A stretch of DNA of 64,000 nucleotides, taken from Octopus sinensis. Its lineage: Eukaryota. Below the pieces are notes generated by a model. That model ran no database searches and had not been told where the DNA came from. It worked only from the letters and a program-made list of their open reading frames with translations. Location: contig NC_043004.1 in the NCBI RefSeq assembly GCF_006345805.1, forward strand, positions 78,492,001-78,556,000, in the 5' to 3' direction. The stretch's first letter is position 1. The number at the start of each line of letters is the position of its first letter. This document shows positions 12,852 to 25,121 of this stretch, piece after piece. Made by a program: the position numbers and the translations under genes.

Positions 12852-12962
12852 TCTGACAGCTGTTTCGGCAGTAAGGGCAATCATGCCTCATTTAACCTAT
12901 AAGCCATATAAGGCAGGTATAAATGAGACATTAACAAGGATGCCCCACGGCCTCTTCAGAGA
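12852..12962 (-). ncRNA. Type I hammerhead ribozyme with intact core and extended stem II
   Basis: Minus strand: UCU-CUGAAGA-GGC...GCC-GAAA-CAGCUG-UC-AGA; all core nucleotides canonical; GUC cleavage between 12855 and 12854; palindromic stem III ACAGCUGU; long paired stem II. Confidence 0.8.
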
Positions 12963-13729
12963 ATTTAATAAACTATAATTGTGAAAAAATTATTTTTTCC
13001 ATATACATATAAATATAAAAATGTAAAATATAAAAACGTGTGCATAGACACCATAATACTACACATATATATATATATTCATTAATACAATAATACAAGA
13101 TAAACAAAACAAAATAAAACAAAATATATATCAATATATATTAATAAGCACAGTTATTCTACATATTGAGCTAATATTTCTAAAAACTAACACACAGGAA
13201 AATATATGCACACTCACATTTAAATTAAAATCAGAACCTATACATGAAAAATAATAAAAACCCACATTTCAGTTCATAAGATTATAACCTATAAAAAGCC
13301 AATAAAAATTACTAATAATATTAATAATAATAATAATAATAATAGAGTACAATTAGTCTGTCCAAGTTACATCCATGGATATCGACATATCTATGAGTCT
13401 GGTTATTCTGTCCGCTTGATATTGATATTCTAGATTTTCGATTGGTTTTATAAATTTAAAATTTGAATCACAAAATAAATTTTACGGTAGTTAGTCAAGA
13501 AAACGCTCATACGCACACGCGCATCCACAGATCAATCACCATACATACATAATTATATGTATACACACACACATACACTCATACACATACATATCCACAA
13601 ACAGCGTCCAACACATAAATAAATAAATAATAAAAGAGGTATAGTCCTATCTGTGCAGCCATCCAGCCTCTCAAAAACTACAACGTGCCACAAAATTAAC
13701 AAAATAGATCCACTCACATATTTCCGTGT

Positions 13730-13781
<52 letters not shown>

Positions 13782-14011
13782 ATAAAACAAGTCAGGAAAG
13801 AAAATGCTAAAATAATGTTATAAAGAACATTTCAGTACCAGTTTCAGTCATTTTACCTTTTCAACTGTAACAATTAAATCATTTATGGAAGTGATTGTGT
13901 CTGTTTTTGTCGGCATTTTCTGTATCTCGTGTGGGTTAATGAATGAATGTATAAGGAAGGAACACACGAGTTGATGTATATGAAAAAACATGTCAGGATA
14001 GAAAATATCCT

Positions 14012-14049
<38 letters not shown>

Positions 14050-14404
14050 ATATATATATATAATATATATAAAATAACTTGTAAAATAAGGGCAAAGAAA
14101 AAAAATCTAATGCCAAACATACCGAAAATAGACAAATTGTCAATAATAATTTATCACTATTAACATGCGTCTCGAAACAAGCCGATAGAAATTTCTAAAG
14201 AATTCCGTTATTGCCGTATTTGTCCCAATTTCAGAGTTAATTCGTAAGAATTTTCTCCTCCTCAGCGATAAATACGTAAGACATAAATGAAATACTTACT
14301 CATACCCATGGAAAAAGCAAGCACTAAGTCCTGAGCAGACCTAAGTACCCCAAATATATCCAAAATAGAAAATCTTCGGCACATGTCGAGTATGGGTATG
14401 AGTA

Positions 14405-16072
14405 AGTATACATGCATGTATATATGCATACATACATACATGCATACATACATACATACATACATACATACATACATACATACATACACACTTACATACA
14501 TGTATGTATATATGCATACATACATACATACATGCATACATACATACAATACATACATACATACATACATACATACATACATACATACATGCATGCATGT
14601 ATAATGCATACATACATACATACATACATACATACATACATACATACACACATACATACATACATACATACATGCATACATGCATGCATACATACATACA
14701 CACATACATACATACATACATACATACATACATGCATGTATAATTGCATACATACATACATACATACATACACACATACATACATACATACATACATGCA
14801 TACATGCATACATGCATGCATGCATACATGCATGCATACATACATACATGCATACATACATACATGCACACATACATACATACATACATGCATGTATAAT
14901 TGCATACATACATACATACATACATACATACACACATACATACATACATACATACATGCATACATACATACATGCATACATGCACACATACATACATACA
15001 TACATACATGCATACATGCATGCATACATACATGCATACATACATACATACATTCATGCATACATACATACATGCACACATACATACATACATACATGCA
15101 TACATGCATGCATACATACATGCATACATACACACATACATACATACATACATACATGCATACATACATACATACATACATGCATACATACATACATGCA
15201 TACATACATACATGCATACATACATACATACATACATACATGCATGCATACATACATGCATACATACATACATACATACATGCATACATACATACATGCA
15301 TACATACATACATGCATACATGCACACATACATACATACATACATACATACATACATACATGCATACATGCATGCATACATACATGCATACATACATACA
15401 TACATACATACATACATGCACACATACATACATACATACATACATACATACATGCATACATGCATGCATACATACATGCATACATGCACACATACATACA
15501 TACATACATACATACATGCATACATACATACATACATACATACATACATACATACATGCATACATACATACATGCATACATACATACATGCATACATGCA
15601 CACATACATACATACATACATACATACATGCATACATACATGCATACATACATACATACATACATGCATACATACATACATGCACACATACATACATACA
15701 TACATACATGCATACATGCATGCATACATACATGCATACATACACACATACATACATACATACATACATACATGCATACATACATACATACATACATACA
15801 TACATACATACATGCATACATACATACATGCATACATACATACATGCATACATGCACACATACATACATACATACATGCATACATGCATGCATACATACA
15901 TGCATACATACACACATACATACATACATACATACATACATGCATACATACATACATACATACATACATACATACATACATGCATGTACATACATACATA
16001 CATACATACATACATACATACATACATACATACATACATACATGCATGCATACATACATGCATACATACATA
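14405..16072. repeat. About 1.7 kb (ACAT)n array with interspersed ATGC/ACAC variant units
   Basis: Direct inspection; explains the 400-570 aa ORF-track entries. Confidence 0.97.
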
Positions 16073-16079
16073 CCACAAC

Positions 16080-16345
16080 CTCGTCTAGGCTCAGCAGCCC
16101 TTCCTGTTTGTCTTCACTGTCCTGTTTTTGGAACCATCTTGTCCATCCGCAAGATCGCAAATTTGATTTAATTTGGTTTGCAGGAGCATCTGTTTTATCA
16201 AAGGCGTATCTTGTCGTGAATTGCTTGAAATATGGACTAGAAAATCAGCCGACAACTAATGAAGGGGCGTTCCTTGTGTTTCCATGTCCTCGTACTTCGT
16301 ATTAATTGTTGTTTACGTTTTGTGACGTCCTGTGCCCACATATGC
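16080..16345 (+). mobile_element. Penelope-like element 3' fragment
   Basis: KFDLIWFAGASVLSK...NEG resembles the PLE GIY-YIG C-terminal region; weak. Confidence 0.4.
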
Positions 16346-16558
16346 ATATGTATATACGTAAACATGTAAGTATGTACGTATACATATGTATACATGCATA
16401 TATATTATTTATATTATATTATATTATAATATGTTATATTATATTATATGTGTGTGTGTGTTGTTGTTGTTGTTGGCATTGTTTTGTCTCTGGAGAAAAT
16501 GGAGCTGCGCATAAAATAATCCAGTCTGGTTTTCACATTTCATGTCATTTACATCTGC

Positions 16559-16559
<1 letters not shown>

Positions 16560-16589
<30 letters not shown>

Positions 16590-17035
16590 TGTATGTGTAT
16601 GTATGTATGTATGTATGTATGTATGTATGTATGTATGTATGTATGTATTTGTGTATGTATGTATGAATGTACGTATGAATGTATGTATGTATGTATGTAT
16701 GTATGTATGTATGTATGTATGTATGCATGCATGCATGCATGTATGTATGTATGTATGTATGTATGTATGTATGTATGTATGTACGTATGAATGTATGTAT
16801 GTATGTATTTATGTATGTATGTATGTATGCATGCATGCATGCATGTATGTATGTATGTATGTATGTATGTACGTATGTATGTATGTATGTATGTATGTAT
16901 GTATGTATGTATGTATGTATGTATGTATGCATGCATGCATGAATGTATGTATGTATGTATGTATGTATGTACGTATGAATGTATGTATGTATGTATGTAT
17001 GTATGTATGTATGTGTATGTGTGTGTGTATGTATG

Positions 17036-17069
<34 letters not shown>

Positions 17070-17150
17070 TGTATGCATGTATGTATGTATGTATGTATGT
17101 ATGTATGCATGTATGTATGCATGTATGTATGCATGTATGTATGTGTATGT
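16560..17150. repeat. (ATGT)n microsatellite
   Basis: Direct inspection. Confidence 0.95.
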
Positions 17151-17260
17151 GTGTGTGTGAGTGTATATGTGTGTGTGTACCAAAGTAAGCACATAAATGT
17201 GAAACAAGGTGGAAAAAAATAGTACTCGACTACCGGAGTTAGAGTAATATGCTTTATTTA

Positions 17261-17410
17261 TTAAAGCTGCAAAGAAATTACAAAAACTGTTGCTCAGAGT
17301 TTCACCTTCCCGTTCGTTGGACAGTTTTGAGTTCTCAACTAAAACTGTTTGACGAAATGGAACGTGAAACTCTGAGTAACAGTTTTTTTGTGATGTCTTT
17401 GCAGCTTTAT
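17261..17410. repeat. Inverted repeat made of two opposed, decayed hammerhead motifs
   Basis: Arms of about 65 bp; consensus aaaactgt-CTGACGA-acg ggaa cgt-GAAA-ctc t gag-TA-acagtttt; each arm has core mutations. Confidence 0.75.
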
Positions 17411-17949
17411 TAACAAAGTGTCAGGTAATGCTGAATAAGTGCCATAGACGGGCCATAGTTAAGTTCCAGATTCGGTAATATTGCGAATAAAGGGTTCAAC
17501 GTTGGTTCTATGTTAGCATGTGTATATAAGAATTTTTTGCGTAATAAGATAAAAAACCAAGGCTGTATAGATATTAGAGCATTTATAGATAGGTCTTACA
17601 GCTGTTTCTAGAATATTAATCAATAATATCCCTTCATCAGAGACGGTGTGAGAGAAAAAATTAGGTCATAGTTAGTCTCGATGTGATACAAAATAGGGAG
17701 GTGGAGGAAAGAAAATAGATCTAAGATATGTATGGGTATTGAATTTGTAAATCCGTTTTATAGGCATAATGGTATATATGCAATATTCCAGTGTCCTTTC
17801 AGTAAAATCCAAAAGTCCAACAGAGTTTAATATGAGTCCTTCCAAATATAGAGTTTATAAGCAATGTAAGATTCCCTTATGAGTGAGATCCAGCAGATTT
17901 TTAAACTTGGTCATTCCCAGTAGGGAATTTATATACAGTTTTGCAGAGT

Positions 17950-18350
17950 CTGCTTATAAAACGGATTTGTCTGTCTTTACATTCTGAGTTCAAATTGCAC
18001 CACAGTCAATTTTTTTCTTTTATCAACTGTGGGCTGGTAAAACACTAACCAGTTGAGCGCTAGGGTTGATGTAATTTATTAATTCCCTCACACGAACTTT
18101 CTCGCTTTGTCACCAAGTTTGTAGCCAAAATTATTGAATGTAAGGCAGCGAGCTGGCAAAATCACTACTCCACTGCCCAGGGGCCTTTCTTCCGACTTTA
18201 CGTTCTGAGTTCAAACTCCGCCGAGGTCGATTTTACCTGTCATCCTTTCCGAGTCGATAAAACAAGTAGTCGCTGAGCACTGGGGTCGATGTATGCGACT
18301 TACCCCTTCACATGAACTTTCTGGTCTTGTGCCAAAATTTGAAATCAAAA
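17950..18350 (+). mobile_element. Two tandem decayed SINEs
   Basis: ctgagttcaaa...gtcga...gggtcgatgta...cttgtgccaaaatttgaaa pattern occurring twice. Confidence 0.7.
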
Positions 18351-18442
18351 TTTCTGTTAAATGTAGACGTATTTATAATGTTTCATTTGTTTGTTTAATT
18401 CATTGATATTGTTTCATTTCTTCTTTAGAACAGAAACTGAAA

Positions 18443-18642
18443 ATGTACAAAAGAGAAGCCATGTTGTTTACTGTGTTGTCGGTGTTATTGTTCCTGATAA
18501 ATCCCGTCCACCTGACGCCAATACCAACTAAAAAGTGCAGTCTCTTAGGAGAAAAATGCGCTAAATCTCCTACCTGTTCCAGTTTGTGGTATAAGTGTAA
18601 ATGTTCACCCTTGGATACAACCAATCGCGAAGAGTTTTGTTT
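18443..18642 (+). CDS. Secreted six-cysteine peptide, gene A, coding exon 2 (signal peptide plus Cys domain)
   Basis: Acceptor ttctttag at 18428; ATG at 18443; MYKREAMLFTVLSVLLFLINPVHL signal-like; C-x6-C-x5-C-x6-CxC-x11-C; phase-2 donor TT|GTAAGT at 18643; collinear gap-free paralogue at 42160-42359. Confidence 0.88.
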
Positions 18643-19812
18643 GTAAGTTTGCCCATTTGTACAAAAATTTACATAGTAACTCATATGAAATTCATGCAGT
18701 TGTTGAGCAAAGGACAGGATATTTGTAAGTATATATTTCTGCATGTGTGTGGAATAATTAGTATGAAGCATTTTGTGGAATATATTATATAAACTTCGTG
18801 GGTAAGGCCACAACAATGCGAAATAAATTCAAGGTAAATAACAAAAAAACCCCAGACATATGAATTAATGGTGACTTACTCTGCATTCAATATTTCAGGG
18901 TTATGACCCCCTCTTTAGGAATTAGTGAATGTTGCAGATCTACATGTGTGTATGTGGGGAGTAGACATGCGCAGAAAATTGTTGTTATAGCAACCAGCTA
19001 GCAACATCTAACTCTCTTCTGTTGTTGATAGTCGGCTTCTGTTGGTGTATTAATATGGTTTCTGAGATTCTAAGGTTACCTCTGTTACGTCCTGTTGCCT
19101 TGCTGTACTACTGTGAACTCTCGGGTCTGGCATTTTCATAGATGTTTCTTCACGGAAGTGTCTGTCTGCATGTGTTCTTTTATGTGCATGTGTAGTTTTC
19201 TTGTGCTTCCTATGTAGGATGCACCACATTTGCAGCAGCTGACCTTGTATATAAAATATGTCCTCTGACACATTTTGGGGTCTTTGATGGGGCAATTTGT
19301 TAATGTGCACTCCTCGATGTTGTGAAAGGTATTGTTCGTGTTCAGAATTTTCCGACTTTCAACTCAGGATCACTGATGAAGGCTCCTTATTTACTAAATT
19401 CTGTAGAAAACTTGCTGGCAGAATATGGTTTTGTTCTTTTATTCGTTATTACGCGCTGTGCATTGTATATTTGCTGTAAAGCTACTATTGTTGCGCGATA
19501 ACTTAATCAGAGAATTGTTCAATGCTTTCAGGAAATCAAGCAATAACTCTGAATCATGCAAAAATCTACCGTACCAAAGGTCCGGCAAGCTTGGAACCGG
19601 AAGTGGCCCGGATCTCTGGATTTTCCGGGTCTGTGGAGACATATACACTTAGAATATGAAACATACTATGAAAGTGGGGGGAAAAGTTGTAGTTGGCTGA
19701 TTCAAATTAATACACTTCTAAAGCAGGGCTTGATAATTAATAATATGCTTAAAATTCTTAAAATCTAGAAACACTATTATTTCTAAATCTCTCAAAGTAA
19801 CTCAGTAACTTC

Positions 19813-20037
19813 TCTTTAAAGTAAATGCTATTTGTCAATATAATGTGGCTGTCCTGAAAGGGACGATGTTACTGTTGTGGATGGGTGTGCTGAGCTCCCT
19901 GTTCGAAAATATAAGGACACAGACAGTGTGTCGTATAGCCAGCTGGTAACGATGTTTCTTGGGGCTAAAACAACAATAACATCGTCCCTTTCAGGACAAC
20001 CACATTATGTTGGCATATAGCATTTACTCTTAAAAGA
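19813..20037. mobile_element. Foldback element/MITE with about 68-bp arms
   Basis: tctttaaagtaaatgctat...gtcctgaaagggacgatgtt pairs with aacatcgtccctttcaggac...atagcatttactcttaaaaga. Confidence 0.75.
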
Positions 20038-20816
20038 TAACATACTGTACCATGTATATAGTATAATGTTTATAAGAAGAAAATTAAACAAAGCAAAATC
20101 TAGGACACGATTTTATTTAACAGACTCTGGCACAAAATGATAAAATTCTAAAACCGAGTATGATTTTATTAATCGGTTTCAAAAAGTAAAAGACAAAAGT
20201 ATATTTAACACACCATATGCAAATTAACCAACTTCAAAATCAAATTGTGTCTAGTCAATGCAGGGTACAGTATGTTGCATGTTATTGTACAATATTCCCA
20301 GATTTCAGAAAGCCGTATATGCGGTCGGGTTGAGTGTATATAGGCGCACTCATGCTGGGTAGTAAGATGGTTGCTTCCCAACCACATGATATCGGGTTGG
20401 ATCCCACTGTGTGGCACCTTGGCCATGGGTCTCTCACAACAGCCTCGCGTTGACCAGAGCCTTGGGACTGAATTTGGTAGACGGAAATTGAAAAAAGCCA
20501 GTCGCGCGCGCAAGTGTGTGTATACAATTGTTACTAATTGTGACTGAGGGTGCTGGGAAAGACGTATATTGCTAGAAATAAGAACTAAAAGCCCTTAGAG
20601 CTGCAAAAAAGTACATATTCATATACTGACAGGGGAGATAACCGCACCATTAGCCAATATAGGTGCTACCCAGTTCCCTCAGTCAATGTTTGTGAGAACT
20701 GAAATTTTCCTGTTTGATTTTATACTGCGTATAGCTACCTTTATGCTATTATACACACACACACACATATATATGTGTGTGTGTGTGTGTGTGTGGTGTG
20801 TGTGTGTGTGTGTATG

Positions 20817-20855
<39 letters not shown>

Positions 20856-20866
20856 TGGTATATATA

Positions 20867-20942
<76 letters not shown>

Positions 20943-20959
20943 GTGTAGGAAGAAATGGA

Positions 20960-21170
20960 GCTGAACGAAGATTTAACAAAGTTCCTTTTTATTATTTTCT
21001 ACATATGTTTCGAAGGCTGCAAAGTCCCTAATTCGGATTGAATAAGGAGTCCATTTTGCAGCCTTCTCATCAGGAAAATCCAGGAACTTAATTCTCCAAC
21101 AAAATGCACAGCAAGCTTTTCGACAAACGCTCACGAGGAGCCCATGAAATAAATGGCACAAACTGTCTAT
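20960..21170 (-). mobile_element. Tc1/mariner transposase remnant
   Basis: FLDFPDEKAAKWTPYS resembles the WPPxSPDL region; very decayed. Confidence 0.35.
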
Positions 21171-21642
21171 CTATATGCGTTGACGCCTGACTGGGTGAAA
21201 GCAGAAGAGAATGTCCGTTGAGATAGTTCAAGGTCAGAATCCGGTTAGCAGAAGGGGGGGGGGTACAGGAAAATCAAAGAGTGTGAATGTATTCTGTATG
21301 ACTGGTGTTTATATTTGAATTATTTTAAGAATGAATGTTAGAGTGTTTGAGTGTGAGAAATTGCTTTCATGTATGTGTGTGTGCGTCTATGTATGTGTGA
21401 CAGTGTGTTTCGAAGGCAGAAAGAGAGAGAGATATAGCAGGTATTAATGGTCAAGCAACAGAAAAAACTGTGTCTGTGTGTTCGTATGTAATATATATAA
21501 AACTTCAAATTTCCGCACTAAGGCACGGATTTTATGCCCCATGGCCGTAACTTCAACCGTGCTTTTTCTGTTGTGATTTTTGCTACCCAGGTATCGGTCA
21601 TCATTTGAATTATCCGTAATAAGATAATTCATTCATTTACCT

Positions 21643-21681
<39 letters not shown>

Positions 21682-23173
21682 GAAGTATATTTACCACCTA
21701 AATGTGGCTAAAACTTAAGGGTCAATACCACTGTTGCTTGTAGCCCCAGGAAGACATCTCCTCCAGCTTGCTATTGACACACTGTCTGTACCCTATCAGT
21801 ATTTGCAAAGGGAAGTCATCGTTCCCATCTCCAGCCTGACGTGATACACACGGACCCGGGTTTCTGAGTGTTGACCCATCATCGGGGTGTGTCAACCACC
21901 GGTTGGCGATAAAATCTTTATTGTGATCAAACTGATCGTACATAGAAAAGAACATTACAAGACAATCAATTGCAAAAATGTTATAGGAGTCCGAATGGGT
22001 TGGAGCGGCTGCCAGGCTGATAATCAGCTTCCCGGCTATCACCTCCTGGGTCACATCCTTAACAAGGTTGTTTGCAACGTGTTCTTGGAGGAGTTTTCCT
22101 TGCCACTCCTCCTCTCTCGTGTGTCAGACTCTTTGTCAGTCACTGCAAAAAAAATTGTGCGACTGTTTGCTTTAATAAAGCGTAGCACCTTTTCGTTTTT
22201 TCACATTAAAAGAAACAATTTTGTCAGTTTTTTAAAAACCTTATAGCATTGGGGTGGGGTTTATTGAAAAGCTGTCCTACAAAAGCAGTACCAGCGGGGT
22301 GGTAAATGATAAGTTTTTAGTTCTTTCGTTTAACTGTGTCTTGGATGTTGTTCTAAAAATAGTTCAAAATTGAGCTTTTGGCCCTTGTGGTCAAGAAAAG
22401 AATCTGCTGCCAAAAAGCTAGATCATGTTACTATTCCACACTTAATGGTTTAATGGTTTATTTGATAAACGTTTTTATAAATGTACGAATGCTCTTAGTT
22501 CTATGTTCTTATTTGCATCACGAAACCTATCTATATAAGTGTATATATGTATTTCTTCGTTTTTCTTTCCACAGGACGTCCTGGGCGGTTTTAAATCAAG
22601 TGCCTACTTGCTGTTAGGTATAATACCGATTTTTTACTGTTTTCTATTTCACAAAATTTGTTGATGATGTGGTGGCAGAATCGTTAGAGCGCCGAGGTCA
22701 GCTTTGCTCTTCATCCTTCTTGATTTCATGAAATGAAGACGCCAAGTAACTGACGTCTTTGACTGAATTCTACATCACTCAAGACAACTTGGCTCCGTGG
22801 TACCTTAACTACCGAGGAGAGTTGCAAAGACAGTAGCACAAAATGTGACAACAGAGGGGTAGCCACGAGTCATGATCCGGTTTCGACCTGAGTGTATGGA
22901 GTTATGAGCCAAAACAGTTGCATGAAGCGGTGGGGAGTTCTCAGAAAACCTTATGAGTAACATCCCCCACACCCACACCCACCCACCCACCACTTATGCT
23001 TCTTACTACGTTATAGTTATGTAGAGAGGGGGGAGGGTCAATGTTAATGATTAGCCTCTCAAATTTGCCGGCGGACGTTAAACGACGACGACGACGACGA
23101 TGATGATGATGATGATGATGATGATGGTGATGGCATCAGTCTGAATACATTCAAACAGAATGAAGGATATAGT

Positions 23174-23270
23174 CCAGTGGTTCCCAACCTGTGGTCTGCG
23201 GACCCCTGGTGGTCCGGAGAGGTAGTACTCAGGGTCCGTGAACATGTTAAACTGACAGACCTCTCAATAT
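23174..23270 (+). mobile_element. hAT/Charlie-type terminus
   Basis: CAGTGGTTCCCAACCTGTGGTC...GGACCCC terminal motif; a similar CAGTGTTTCTCAAA lies at 57294. Confidence 0.5.
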
Positions 23271-23351
23271 CCTGGAGTCCATGGGAAAACTCATTTAAAT
23301 AAAAAGGGCCCTTGGTAAGTGCAGTAGTGGTGGTGGTAGTAGTAGTAGTAA

Positions 23352-23385
<34 letters not shown>

Positions 23386-23426
23386 GGTGGTGGTGGTGGT
23401 GGTGGTTGTGGTAGTGGTAGAGAGTG

Positions 23427-23503
<77 letters not shown>

Positions 23504-24124
23504 CGGTGGCAGTAGCAGAGGTGGTGGTGGTGGTGGTTTGTCGATTACCTGCAGGACGACCAAAGAGGTAGATTACAAAGACCAGTGCAAAAAGAGTGTT
23601 TATTGACTTGACCGGTTTCACTTTTTAAAAAAGATTATCAAAAGTAAAATGTAAAGCTTTGTATAAGCTTTGTTGTGTTAAAAAATGGTTATCTTTGTTG
23701 GAAACAGACTCCCTCCTCAGTGGAAGATTTATAATAATTTAAAAATAGAAGAGACATACATGTACAGACACACACACACACATGCACGTACACACACATA
23801 CATACATATATGCATATATGCATGCATACATACAGACAGACAGACACACGCATGTATACACAGATGCACACACACACACATACACAACTCCCTCATACAC
23901 ACACACATACATGCATACATACATACATGCATACATACATACATGCATACATACATACATACACACACAGATAATAATACATACATACATACATACATAC
24001 ACACATACACACACACACACATACAATACATACATATATACATACATACATACACACACACATACAATACATACATACATACACACACGCACACACACAC
24101 ATACATACATACATATATGCATAC

Positions 24125-24155
<31 letters not shown>

Positions 24156-24339
24156 CATACATACATACATACATACATACATACATACATACATACATTT
24201 AAACTTGAGCAAACTAAGATATTGAGAAAAGAAACAAAATTAAGAGAGAAAGAAAAAAAAAGATTCCCTGTTCTTTTTTGTAACCTTATATTCATGTTAC
24301 CAAAACAAATACGATATTGTTTTTACTTTATCATTTCAG

Positions 24340-24370
24340 CTTTAACAAAGACAGCAATCCAAAGAACTGA
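24340..24370 (+). CDS. Gene A coding exon 3 (F-FNKDSNPKN-stop; full product 76 aa)
   Basis: Strong acceptor tttttactttatcatttcag at 24339; aligns without gaps to gene B exon 3 (about 21 of 34 nt identical, in register from the AG); AATAAA at 24528-24533 in a context similar to gene B's. Confidence 0.72.
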
Positions 24371-24863
24371 CAATATGGCTTCCAAAATTTTCTCTCAAGT
24401 ATCATTATACAATGATTTCAGAGACATCTTTTTTTCTGACCCTCTTAACGAAGTGGGTAGAATAGCTTCAAGTTTTTATTTCCTACTGTCTTAGCAACAA
24501 TACGATATTGTAGTTGATTCTAGTAAAAATAAAAACAAAATTGTTAGTGGTTTTATTGATTTCTGTTATTATTATAATTATTATTGTGTCCGAAAAATTC
24601 AGTTTTATTTCAAAATACTTGCTAATAGAGAAAGATCCAGTTTCTAACCTAAATCCTAGGCTCCTTCATTGGAATTGCAACAACTCAACAGGGTACTTTT
24701 GCTGTCTTGAGGAGCGTTTCGCGCTCCGATGGTTGTGAGAAAAATAATCAAATCGGTGAAGGAGAAAGGTTTAAATGCGTATTTAAAACTTTATATCTCT
24801 ATATTAATACGCTAACTATGAAATGCTGTGATTAGTTGAAGGGAGAGAAGAGAGAAGGAGAGG

Positions 24864-24894
<31 letters not shown>

Positions 24895-25121
24895 AGAGAG
24901 AGAGTATTTCTTTATTCACCATAAGGTTGAGAAAAAGAGGGGACAAAACAAGCGTTGGGGTCAGGGTATCGAATGAGACGAAACATATGAATAAACAATT
25001 AAAATATATACAATTAAATGAGAATGAGTGATTAACAAAAAATGAAGCGGAGGACGCGGTCGACCCCACAAACCACATCCTCACACTGAAGACATTGCTT
25101 TATCCTTTTTTACATTCTCGA

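Noticed and set aside
21722-22130. Minus-strand 110-aa ORF
   Set aside because: Looks like a decayed RLE-type LINE zinc-finger region; too degenerate to call.
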